A stretch of 64,000 nt of DNA from Takakia lepidozioides (lineage: Eukaryota; Plantae; Bryophyta): NCBI GenBank assembly GCA_030704615.1, contig CM060732.1, positions 20,026,001 through 20,090,000 of the forward strand, read 5' to 3'. The notes below the pieces were generated by a model. It searched no databases. It was not told where the DNA came from and was given only the letters and a program-made list of their open reading frames with translations. Below, in pieces: positions 40,808-52,799 of this stretch. Position numbers and translations under genes: made by a program. How positions within the stretch are numbered: the first letter of the stretch is position 1; the number at the start of each line of letters is the position of its first letter.

Positions 40808-43800
40808 CTACCCATGTGTTGTATCCCGCTGCAATAGAGTATCGACCTCGTTGAAACTCATAGTGGCCTGGTGAATGAAGTTGTCACGTTTGGGATCGCA
40901 AACCATCCTCTTCAAAACTATGAAATACAAATGTTTGCAGGGTATGAATTTACCTCTCTTGCCCAAACTGGTTGATAGCATATTCACAAAATCAGGACAT
41001 GTGCAAAAATTGGAAACCGTGATGTCATAGGTCCTGTCATGAACAACAGATGTGGAAGTGATGATTGTGAATACCCGACCATATCTTGGATCGGGTACTT
41101 CCGTGGTGCTTCCAACACGAGCTTGGAGCATTCTTGCGGACTCCACTTTGCCAAAGTATTCAGCGGTTGGAGGGAAATGCCGAACGAGCTTTCCATCTCG
41201 TTTGGTTGGCCACAAGTCAGGATTTGCCGGGGGGACCCGGGAGGACGCAGAAGTAATAGCACATGCATGGAGTTGGGGTTGTCTCGCAAGGGAAAAACCT
41301 GCCTCCTCCAGCATTTCAATCTCCTGAAAGCTGAGATGTGTTCCCACCTTCACGGGCCAAACGGTTGGAGGAGATGGCTTCATCACTACGGAAGGACGCA
41401 CAGTTTCATGCACACATCTGGCACAATCATCTGCGCAGAACCAGAACTTGTGGTTCTTGGTTTCTGGTTGACCGTATGGACGCATCAAACCCGTGAAAGT
41501 CGGAGCAGGAGTTTGGGCACCACCTCTGGATATAGATGAAGTGCACTTCTCGAAATTAGTTGCCCTGATTGCTGTACATTTCACACGAAACCCTACACTT
41601 GTACGTTCTATGTGCCAAACGTGGTCGGGGCATGCGGACTCAAGCACATCAAGGGGGTTGTTTCTCTCCTGCACCATTTCAGTGGCACTATTTGATGCTG
41701 GAGCTTGCCGTCGTGTTGGAGGTTCCTCCACAATGGAGGTTCCGGACATGGAGCTGTCATGCAGGGGAACACGAGGCTTCGAGAAGTTATCACGGTCTGC
41801 CCTGTGCGAATCGGAATCCGAACCAGGTATCAAATCATCTGTTGTTGCCACATACAAATCCCGACCTCGTTTCCCAGACTGCTGCAACCATGCGTTGTGC
41901 ACAGCTTCTGCCAAATTGCAAGATGGCATGTCCGCCATTTCCTCAATGGACATGTTCTGCAAAGTTCAGAACCACACTTCAAAACAGTGAACAGAAAACA
42001 ACATAAAGAAAGTGAGGACACAATAAAATGGAAAGTAAATGTATGAATAAAGCAAGAAATATAAGCCTCGTACCACTGGCATGGCTGCTTCCCACTGTCT
42101 ATACCGGAAGTGCCAAAACGCCAGCCAATCTTCCAATGCTCTCATACTCTCAAATGATGCAGCTCCAGAAGAGAACCACCAGGCACAAATTGTCTGGAAC
42201 AAAGTGTCCGCCTCCTTCATTGTTCTAGCATCTTTGTACTCTTTGCACAATTTACGGTGCTGAGTCTGCATCTCTGGTTTGATGTCCGACTTTGTATGTT
42301 TTTCCAGAGATTGTGTCCAATGGAATAGACATGTACGCTCTCTTCCTCACATTGGCACTTTTGGGTCGCCCGATCCAAAGACAATACGAACAACATTGAA
42401 ATTTGCTTGAGCACTATCCGCCATGAAACCTGTGAAATTTGGAGATGGCAGCCCATGGTAGCCCATGACACGTATCAAGGAATTCCACATGAGCTTCTGG
42501 GATTCCATATCTTCGGATTGCATGTCACAAACTGCAATTGTCATAACTCGTTGGTACACTGGATTGTAGACATGACAAGCCATTGTCGTCCAATCCTTCA
42601 CTCGTTTCACATGATCAAACATAAGAAAACAGTTCTGCAAGTCCCCAGTCTTCTGCATCCGCTTCACGAGGCTAACCCCACTGCCCTCCCCAACAGTCGA
42701 CATTTTGAAAAGAAAAACTTTGATGGCACCTTGACCTGGGAATACATTGTCCTGGATGTAATCGTACTTGCTCACTCGTTTCAACTCCAAAATGTTGTCT
42801 ATGTAGCCTCTCATACCAGAGCCCATTCTTAATGCATTGATCTGATGCCGAATGTTAGGTGAACTCAAAGTGGAGAAATGATCCATGACCAGGTCCATTG
42901 CTGCACCGTCAAGTTTAGTCCCCACAGAATCCCCTTCACTCAAAATATGGCTTTCCAAGAAGGACTTGCTTGCGCCAAGAGCAATTGCAGATGTTGTTGC
43001 GGATGGGTTTCTCCCGAACTCCTGTTTAATCAACCTCGATACTGTCTCAACACTCTCCCTGTAATCCCCCTTCGAGACAGGATGGTTATGGAATCCGAAA
43101 TGCACACAAGCTCTTGTCATTGTTTTCAAACGGTGGACAACATAGTACATTCTTGTTCCGCAGAGCGCCAAGCAGGATGGCACAAGTTTGCAGAATTTGC
43201 AGACGAAAGTGTTTGCCGGTGGTGAGGCAGTCCCAGGCTGAAATGGATTTTCCGCCAGACCCTCCCATTCGCTTTGATTATGAACCCCAGACTGAAGAAA
43301 GTGTCTGCAATTCAAATTATCACACCTAAGGTGTCCGTTGCAAACTGTTCTCCTGAAAACAAGCTTGTCATCATTCTGAATATTGGATGTTTTGTTCTGC
43401 ACCACGGGTGCCCGTCGTGTTTCTTGTCCATTCCATGCATCATGATTGTTACACCTCCAACTTGCGGAGGAGGAGGCAGCTCGAATAGGATATCGCCATC
43501 AAAAGTCTCTGGCAAGAACTTGACAGGCACCTGCTTCAAAGATTCCCAATCAATTCCTTGCAACTCACTTTTGAATCCAGCCATTCCTCCCATCGCCCGT
43601 AATTTTGGAATGACACTACAAATCTCTTCTTCATCAGCTTCTCCAACCGCAGTAGGAAGGACTGGATTTGGAATTTCACTTATGTCATCATCGGACGAAT
43701 CCAAAAGCTCAACGATTGGAGTGGAGGACGTCTGTTCTTTTTTCACCACCACCTCCCTCTTGTCTTCAACGACCGAAGCAGCAGTCCCGGGCGTCACATA

Positions 43801-44085
43801 TGACCTAAGGGACTTTCGCCGAGGCTCTCCAAGTACTCTGTATCGACCAGGGCGCACTCTCCACTGGCTGATATGAGCCATCTCATCACGGTTTTGGAAA
43901 GAGTATTTCAACAACTTCCCTTTCAAATCGTACACCTCTTTCTCCAAAAAGATGGAGCCATTCTGAAGCTGAAAACGGGTAGCCAAGACATGTTCCAGAA
44001 CAATTGCAAATCCATTGTCAAGGACTTCCTGTGAGAACGACACTGGTTTGTCGTCAGAGAAAAACACCGCTTCAGAGGAAGCCAT
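40808..44085 (-). pseudogene. MULE-type transposase with GCM-like zinc domain, DDE core and SWIM finger
   Basis: HDGHPW..CNGHLRC..C..CKFC..C..HFGFHNHP (GCM-like); MFDHVKR, FMADSAQA, CLFHW and CNLAEAVH (MULE D-D-CxxH-E pattern); CTCPDF..CKHLY (SWIM). Intron about 42071-41957, frameshift near 43390, TGA at 42347, probable internal deletion near 41825. Confidence 0.85.
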
Positions 44086-45315
44086 CTTCCTTCCTCGCGT
44101 ACGTTGATACATTGTTATCGCAGACCTTCAGTGTAAATCGGTTAACTGATGTCTCCAGAACACAGTTGAAGAATGAGCAGAGAATATGGCGGAGGAAGCT
44201 CAAACAACGACTGTGCATATTCTGTTATTCTTTCCAGATATGCAGCCGTCCATTTTAATTACTTTTCTTGTGGCCCAGTGGTCAGAGTATCCCTAGGAGT
44301 AATGTCGGCAGCTGTTAAACCGTTAATCATAACCTCATCAATAAACACAATAACAAGCCGACTTCCTGGAAGCATGCCACAGGATCTGAGGGTGGGATTG
44401 CAGATTAAGTAAATGTATCTTTATACTATTACCAATGATCATGCACACCTGGAAAGTTCAAAATGTGAAACGAACGTGGGGTTGGCTAACAAGGATGCCC
44501 GTGTATGATATCCCAAAATTTGTCATCAAACTCTCGTTCATTTACATATATTTGTCTAAGACTGTGCGCCAAGATTTCTGGGATTCGCTGTTATTTTTAA
44601 ATATTGAAACCGTTCTAATAAAAAAAACGCCGTTTATTTTGGGCGACACACGTCAGACATCGATAACTGAATACGAACAGCTGTACACTAATTGCTGGCA
44701 TGTGCACTAATAAGGGAACGACTATGTGTAACGGTCACGCGAGAGGGAATCCGATGCTTCTAGAGACAAGCAACAACGCACGCAATCCCGCAAGAAATCG
44801 GGAGTCACTTCGTTTTTCTACTTTTCGCGCTTAGAGGGAGAGTGGTAGTCAAGCTGGAGAGGGTTCCTTCTACAATACAAAAGAGAAGAAAGTCTCTTTA
44901 TTTTACTTCCCTTAGAGAGAGACGCAGAGCAAGAGAGCAAATGACGAGGCGTTGTTTGTTGGAGAACACAGGGCCAAGGCAGCAGGTGAACGCGGAGACT
45001 GATTCACAAGAGCAGACCGAGACTGAGGCAGCGGTTGTGACACAGTCGGCGATAACGGTGCGCGTTGGAAACCAGCCTGTGGATGCAGAGATGACTCGCA
45101 GGGAAACTGAAGGAGGTGGAAGTACGAGGAACGCTGAACCGGGAGAAGGTCTAGAAACCCTAGAGCAGACAAAAATTCCAGCAGATGTGAGAGGGAAGAG
45201 GAAAGCTGCAGAAGGGGATCCAATTTCAAAACCTAAGAAGGCGCCAGTAAGTTTTCTCTAACTTACATTTCATTGTTGAAGATCTGCGTAGAGATTGAGT
45301 GGAATGTCCCAGAAA

Positions 45316-46052
45316 GGGATTGTCGCTACCGACCATCACCACGAAACAACGGTGATTTGCTTTCTACTCCTCTGTTAAGGGTTTACCGCACAATGAGTGG
45401 GTGACTGACGGTACCGTCATTCACCGTTGTTCAGATCATACAGTCTGTCTGATTGCCTTTCAAGCAGTCCTTCCTCTTCCCTTCTTTAGCAGGAACATGT
45501 GATTGAAGTCTACTGAATTGCGAGCGTCGTTAACGCCATTCGATTCTCCTCATGAGATTTACTTACATATGTGTTTGAAGAGAGAGTGAGGGTCGGCATA
45601 TTCAGTCATAATGTATTGCAATGCATTTTCTTTGTATGAGGTTGAACAGATAGAGAAGTGGAAAGGCGGTACCGCCAATCAAAGATTTGAAGACCATACT
45701 GTAGATCCAGGTAGAGTATCGATTGGAAAGTACTCTCGACATAGACAGGAAACCGTGAATGCTTGCGACGGTAATCACAATGGAGTCAATCTGAATAATC
45801 TGCACTTACTGTCCGCCCTAAACTATACTGAATGTCGTTGCCGCCAATCACTTACACATATATGTCATTACACAACACCGATCCGACAGGTCCTTATCTT
45901 TTGTGATTGTCGTTAACGCCGTTCGCTATCGCTCTCGCTTTTGTTTTGAATTCGGCAGGATCAGCTTTCTTGTGTAGATGGTTCTGAATTTGTTTCACAC
46001 CATTCATTTTGAGTTTCTTCGAGACAGAGTGATGGTCGTTACCGCCATTCAC
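45316..46052. repeat. Dispersed 24-bp palindrome array 1 (8 copies) in cargo intron 1
   Basis: Copies at about 45316, 45401, 45520, 45660, 45755, 45828, 45903 and 46029, e.g. GTGACTGACGGTACCGTCATTCAC and GTGATGGTCGTTACCGCCATTCAC; mirrored at 36931-37655. Confidence 0.8.
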
Positions 46053-47910
46053 TATTTGCAAATTACTCAGTCAGATTTGAATGGCATCGTGCAGAAAAAT
46101 GTGAGGTCCAAGCCTACTGGATCAGAGGGGAAATGATCTGGAGATGGGGACGAGTCTGGAAAAAGCTCAGAGAATACAGATGAAGCAGATGAATCAAAAG
46201 TGCACTACCTTGACAAGGTGAAAGAACTCATGTCATTCCAGAAGGTAAACTCTCATGAAGTTATAAGGGACATGCTCGTATCTGGAGGGCATCTGGACAT
46301 CCCTCTGTGCCGGATGATATCTATGTCTGTTGTGCGTCCACCTCTTTCCCATGACATAACAAAATTGGAGAGTGATTTTGTGCATGGATACAGACTTGGT
46401 GCACAAGTTTTTTATGTGTCACTGACGGATATAAATGGGAAAAGCATATTAGTGTCTCCAGAGATCAGTGATAACTGGGATGAGTGATGGAAAGATGCCA
46501 ATGAGGAGTTCGAGCTGGGCCTCATGATGGGAAAGAACACCCAACAATTCTACAACCACATGTTCTACGTCTGGGACGGCAACCACCGATTGCTGGCATG
46601 GATGGGATACATCCAGAAACACCATGCGAAAGACAAAGACAAGCATGTTGCTGTGGAGGCAATGGTTTTGGATCCAGGAAACGACATCGCTAGGCTTCTT
46701 ACAGCTATGCACGACGTGAACAAGTAAGTCATCCTGGAGATTTCATTCCCTCTGTAGTGTCTTGTTAATCCCCAAAAAACAGTATTAAGGAATGCAATGT
46801 TTCCAATGTTTTTGCAGATCGACAGAGAAATCGCATGTGACAACAAGCTTGGTCCACACACTATTCCGAATTCAGAGGATTGGTCTGATGAAGTTGGATG
46901 ATTTTTGGACAGTACTCCCCCCCAATATAATCAAGAAGTGCGAAACAGGAAGAGCTGCAGGCACTTGGTATTCTTTGACTCGAGAGGCGTTTCTGGAGTA
47001 TATATATGCGGTAAGCCCGAGTCTGTACTCAGTTTACTTTTTGAATACATGTTTGTAGTCCCTTCGGTGCTAATCACTATTTGAATCGATGCAGCAAGAA
47101 CTGGCAAAGGCAGCTGAGAAGGGAAAATCCAAATATTACCGCACTACACCAGAGGAACTAAGGACATCAAAGGGTGTGGAAGCAGCAATAAAAAAGGAGT
47201 TTGAAATGCGAAGAATCAAATTGATGTCCGCCTTCGGAAAGCAGCTTAGAATAGTAGATCCTGGACTTGGTTCTGAGTTCCTTCAGCAGATCAAATCTCA
47301 CTATGACAAGCATGTGCATCCGGAGATGCAGCAGGAGAAATTGCACCGGCTGGCCATATCCACGGTCGACCCACAAACAAAAATAAGGTGGCTGGAGATA
47401 TGGAACTCAGATCAGACAGTAAAGGACTTGAATCAGTTCCCAAAGAGCACCATAGAGCCTGGCACAAAGGTGGAAGGAATCAGCGATTTGGTGTTTGATA
47501 ACTGGCTCCACAAGGCTACATTTTGGAGTCAGGTGTGTATTCAAATAAGCCGTTTTCTTTTCTTCAATTATGTGATGAGTATCTTATTTGCAATACTGAC
47601 AAATATACAATTTGCAGCTCGAAAAGCGCGCCGTCATTGTGCTGGATCAGACTTTGAAGACTTGAACATTTCGATTGTTTCCCCTCCCCAAATGTTATTG
47701 GAGGCATACATAAGGAAGTGGAGAGGTCTCACCTGGAGATATTGTTTTTTCAAAGATGGTAACATTTTACGGTCCAACGACTTTGACAGTCAGGTTGGAG
47801 GAGAGTGGGCCATGATGCGAGTTGTGTACAGGTGCAATATCATACTGGAAACTCTACTGCACTTTTTGGGAAATAATTTGGCTTCATAAGGATTGTAATC
47901 ATAGATCCAA

Positions 47911-48657
47911 ATTGAATGTCGTTGACGACATTCACTTCTTTGTCTGAGTCATTCTTAAGCGAGAATTTGAATTCACCTGGATTAGGAGCTTAGGGTGTAA
48001 TTATAGTGTCCCTGATTAGAATTGATAATGTCCCTGAATGGCGTTGACGACATTCACATCCAGAGTTGTTGAGAGGTCCTCAGAGTTATGTAAGTTTTTG
48101 TAATGTCCATAGAGTTTACAGTAAGGGTTCCTCACTTCAGTTTGCTGAATGTCAATGCAGACATTCAATTGTTCTGCATTGCTTTTGCCTCTTGCGAGAA
48201 ATCTTGAGGCTTGATTAGCTGTGTTACCAGAGATCCATAGTGAATGTCGTTGACGACATTCACTTCTATGTCTGTGTCATTCACCAGCGACAATTCGAAT
48301 TTACATGGATTGGGAGCTAATTAATTGGTTCCTTGTTCGTAATTTTGTGAATGGCGTTGACGCCATTCACATCCAGTGTTATTATGAGGTCCTCAGTGTT
48401 ATGTTCGTTATGAATGTCCATTGAGTTTTTGGGGAGGGTTCCTTAGTTGAGTTTCTGATTTCCATCCAATGATTTTGCCTCTTTTGATAAATCATTAGGG
48501 TTGATTAGCGTGTATTCACAAATCCAAAGTGAATGTCGTTGACGACATTCACTTCTATGTCTGTGTCATTCCAAAGCGAGAGTTTGCATTCAGGTGGATT
48601 AGATGTATTTGCAGTATCATTGAATGGAATGTTTTGAATGTCGTTGACGACATTCAC
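47911..48657. repeat. 24-bp palindrome array 2 (about 7 copies) between the ParB and MTase blocks
   Basis: GTGAATGTCGTTGACGACATTCAC and variants at about 47911, 48034, 48145, 48240, 48347, 48529 and 48634, inside a diverged ~300-bp higher-order repeat; counterparts at 34614-35060 and 31372-31500. Confidence 0.9.
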
Positions 48658-51486
48658 ATCCAGAGCTGTCGTGTGGTCCTGAAAGGTCCTTGGAGCAGTT
48701 CTCAGAGCCATTTCATTCCATGTTTTTTTCATTATGTGCTACTTGCATCTTACTCACTTTGCGCTTTGGTGGGTTGGGATTTATCTCATGTTTAACAAGT
48801 ACATGAAATATGTGCTTATGGAAGGAAATCACCTGAGCGGTATTCCAGACTATCTTGACATGTGGTCGGACCTTGCAAACGATCCAACCATGTATACTGC
48901 AGGGATATTGAAGGACTGGAGTCTTTCTCACTTCAGAGACTGTGGCTGGTACGTTGATTGCCCACCGGAGCACACGACCTTTCAAGAACAGCATATGAAA
49001 TATTTGAACAATAATGCTGAGATGTTGGCGCCTGTGACTGACGAAGAGTACCAAAGAAACATAGCAACATTGGCTGCCAAGGAGCCTGATGCTCAGGGAA
49101 CGCCGCAGAAGGGAAAGAAGGCGGGCCGCAAACCAAAAGACAAGGCTCTTGATGTCATAGCCATCTCACCAGCAAAGCCAAAGGACAAAGACAAGTCCAA
49201 AGAGAAGGAAAAGGACAAGGGGAAGGAGAAAGAAAAGGAGATGGAGAGTGGGCAGGACTTCACTGCTGGAAGATATACCCGCACAGTTCAGTGCGTGTTC
49301 GATGCCAAGCCACACCCTTCCCGTTCTGATTCGGCAGGAGAGATTAAAATTGTCAATGAGGGTTGGCTGTCGATGATGCAGAGTCGAAAGAGAGGATACA
49401 TTGGGGTGCCTTCGCCTACCTGGGACAACATAATCTCATTCCTCAATCTGGTGAGAATTCCAGTTTCTTTCCTTTTTCTCTGAAAGTTTCATTGGCAGTA
49501 TTTCAGTCTGGTTCTTTGAAAACATTCTTGCCATCGTTCTTAAAAAAAACATGTCTGTTGCAAGTGAGCACAGGTCCCATCTTCGTGTGCGGTGTGCAGA
49601 AAACATATGCGGCTGACATTGTCATTCTCGACATCCCGGATGGCCAGGCTGTGCTAGAAGTTCTTCCAAAGGGCAAGACGCCAGGCTGGAACAAATTCGA
49701 GGACAACTACTGGAGTTGGGTGTTCGGGTTCTGTAATAATTTCCTCTCTGATGCAGGGACACTTCTGCTTTTTCAGTCATGTGACAAAGATAGTCGTCGG
49801 GCATTGGCATCATACCTGAAGTCTTCAGGGTTTGAAGTTTTGCGCACATGGAATTGTGTGAACAGCCTCTACCTTGTGAAAGGGGGTTTCCCAGGTCAGC
49901 TGGTATGCCGTCTCCCTTCTGCTTGTGCTTTCATGATGAGTTTCAATGTTCTCTGCAGCTCCACTCTATAAGAATCTGTCATGATCGACACCGATCATCA
50001 CCGATTCGTGATAAAAATGATTGTTTTGTGCCTGAGTTTTGAATAGCCGATGTACACACTTCCACTATAGATTGTGTTTACCACACTAACTTGCTATCTT
50101 TGGCAGACGAGGATGTTCGAGGCGATCTGCCCGCGGAGGATTCGCACCTCCAAGACACCATCCTCCATCCGCAGCTTTGAGATTTCTGACCAGGGTTGTT
50201 TCGTCAACCCCCCCTATGGGGGGTGCTATTCCGTGAGCCTGGAGGCGCGAGCCTATGAGCCCAAGAAACCGTGAGCCCAGCACAGGCTCACGCCACGTCA
50301 GCATGCATACAGGGCCTATTCCGCGGGTGTCACCTATTTCCGCGGGTTGATCAGCCATTTCCCGGGAATGCAGAGTGGATATGTTACATCTATTGTATCC
50401 ATTGCATCCATCCATACGTTATCAACATACCAAGCCCTCACAAGTTTATGTGGGTACGTCGTGAGGAGGTGCACACTGACATCATCTAAAGCGGATCCCT
50501 GCGAAATCTTTTCTTACTCACCACCCTTGCGAACATGCCAGGTATGTGCGGGAGCATCATGGATGTTCATTAGATTTGAGAATGCCTGAACGCTCTTTGA
50601 TGAGGTGGACTTCACCGTGATGGATTCACCAACCATTCTTCTAGCAGGAATGGTTTGGAGACCAACGAGCAAATGATACGAGAATGCTCTACACGAACCA
50701 AAGTCGTTTGTTTGTTTTTGCAATGCACTCAAGTCTGTGAGGTCCACAAAACACTAAATAGATTGAAGGAACAATCCGGGCAGTCCATGCAACCCCCATC
50801 TCCAACAATAGTTTGTTCCCATGAATGTGCATTCCACGCACACATTGCAAACAGGACGACAAGGACACACAACCATCCCATTTCAAATTTGGCCCCGAAT
50901 AAAACCAAAAGAAAACTTCATATCAAGTGTCACAGTCATCAGAATCAGTCTCGACCTCCTGTGCTATGTCATCCACAAAGATTCTGGCCCCAACACCACG
51001 TCTTCTACCACGGCCGTCGATGGGTGGACTCCGAGTGCCATGAACGGACATGCTTGCTGCGAGTGCCTCCGCATAGACAGGTAGCACGCAAGAGGTTAGC
51101 TATTTCATGAGCATGAGCGGCATGAGCGGCATGAGCGGAGTAATAAGACAATCGGTTTTCATGAGCAGAAGTACAAATTTCGAAAATAAAAAACAATAAA
51201 AAAAACATTAATTTAATGCAATGTGTCAGGAAAAACAAATATATTATTCGGCCCCTTGAAGGGAAAATTGTAGTTTTGACAGTTGTGCTCATGATATTTC
51301 GTCTTCCGCTCATGCCAATTCCCAGCGACATGTGCAAATATGGCGCCGAATTTCGCGGTAATAGGGTCCGTAACCTGAAAAAACGGCGACGTATTTCGCG
51401 GTAATAGGTCTCTCTGGCGAAAAATGGTGCCGAATTCCGCGGCTATAGGTCCCCTCATGACAGGTAATTCGGCGCCATTTCTGTTC

Positions 51487-52574
51487 CCCCTCGCCAATTT
51501 GTGACAATGGGAACCAACGTGTATGCAAGCTCGGGTGAGGTCAGGGAAACGGTGCAACACATAGAACTGCTTGGCATTACAAACAGACATGCAGTGTGGT
51601 GGTTCTTTGCAATGCGCACACTTAAATGTGGAGTTCGGAACCTTCTCCTGAGCTCGAAATGGTTGATGAGCTGTGCCTGTCCAATCGGTCTCGTTCCTGT
51701 GACCTCTGGATTTAAAGTGGAAGCAAGTTGGGGAGAAACACCGCAACGCGCCCGCACAAACAACGTAGCGCACCCGCACACCATCGAGCATCTTCATGCT
51801 GGTGGTTTTGGTAACGCACCAAGGATGACCGTCATGTTTTCTATCCATATCTGTCAACATTCCGGACGCCCTCGAGTAGTCCGCCCGAGGAGGGAACTCA
51901 AAGAAGATATTACCGTCGACGTCGACGGGAAGGCATGTAACCGATTTAATTGCGAACTTGCTGTAGTCCAGCCCGGCCAGCTCCGACCGGTGTCCCTCCA
52001 GGTGAAGCCCTCGCAGAATTTCAAGAATAGATCGAACTGTGGTGCTCGTGCTGGGAATATGACTCCCTCCTCCACTGACGTCCATTGAGGACTTGCCTGA
52101 TCTCCATGACGACCTCGGAACTTCCATGACCTCGTCTGAGTCGGACAGGTTGTGAACAACCCGGTTCTCGCTCGTCTTCATGGATGGGTTTGGCTCTGGA
52201 TTTACTTCGTTGCGGACTTCTCTCTTTGAGGTAGCCACTCTCTGATTCGCGGATTGTTTCGTGGAAGGCGCCAGGATAGAAGGTGCATTTGGCGGGCAAA
52301 TGAAGTCCCCAACAGCCCTGTATATGACGCTGTCTGATGGTGGAACTTGCCATTCCCTGCCATCGCCAAAATCATCGTGGAGCACAACAATACTCTCGAC
52401 AACAAGGCCGTTTGAGTCCTTCATTTCCTCCTCCGAAAAAGCCGACCCCAGTTTCAGGTGGTATCGAACGCACAGATATTTCTCCATCACCCGACAGATG
52501 TCCCCTCTGCACGGAAATGAAGCTCTATGCTCGTAAGGAGGGCAGTACACTGTAGCGCTCGGGTTTTCCGCCAT
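51487..52574 (-). CDS. GCM-like zinc-domain ORF homologous to the N-terminal half of the X transposase
   Basis: DMDRKHDGHPWCVTKT..CAGALRC..CAHC..C..TRACIHVGSHCH aligns with X GMDKKHDGHPWCRTKT..TRACVHFGFHNH; no DDE core seen downstream. Confidence 0.8.
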
Positions 52575-52799
52575 GGGAGATGTGCACACAAGACTACCAG
52601 GATGGTGTGCGGGGAAGCTCCCTGGTAGAAGGGGGATGCAGCGATGGGAAGGAATGCGGTGCCGATTTGTCCGAGCGACGAAGCCTGATCCAAATCCAGG
52701 GAGCCAACTATCTCAAAAATCCAGAGTCAGAGTGTTAATGAACCTTGTCTCCGGAATGCGGCCCCTGGTCTTTGCGCAATAACTGCCAACGGTATGCAG

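Larger units (their letters stand above)
40165..50218. mobile_element. Mutator-like element X, copy B (apparently native order; cut by element Y)
   Basis: The left end GTGAGCGTTGCACGTGAGCGCGCGAGCGTACGCTCA resembles the reverse complement of 34465-34524 (degenerate TIR). Contains the transposase (-) and cargo exons (+). Confidence 0.85.
44941..50218 (+). pseudogene. ParB-like and MTase-like cargo exons (copy B)
   Basis: Exons approximately 44941-45246, 46073-46723 (DGNHR at 46575), 46819-47009, 47059-47532, 47618-47831, 48734-49450, 49564-49902 and 50107-50218; TGA at 46485; truncated after FVNPPY. Confidence 0.75.

Noticed and set aside
47911-48657. CRISPR-like appearance of the palindrome array
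   Set aside because: Spacers are long (70-160 bp), uneven and partly homologous to each other; no cas genes; spliced eukaryotic context.
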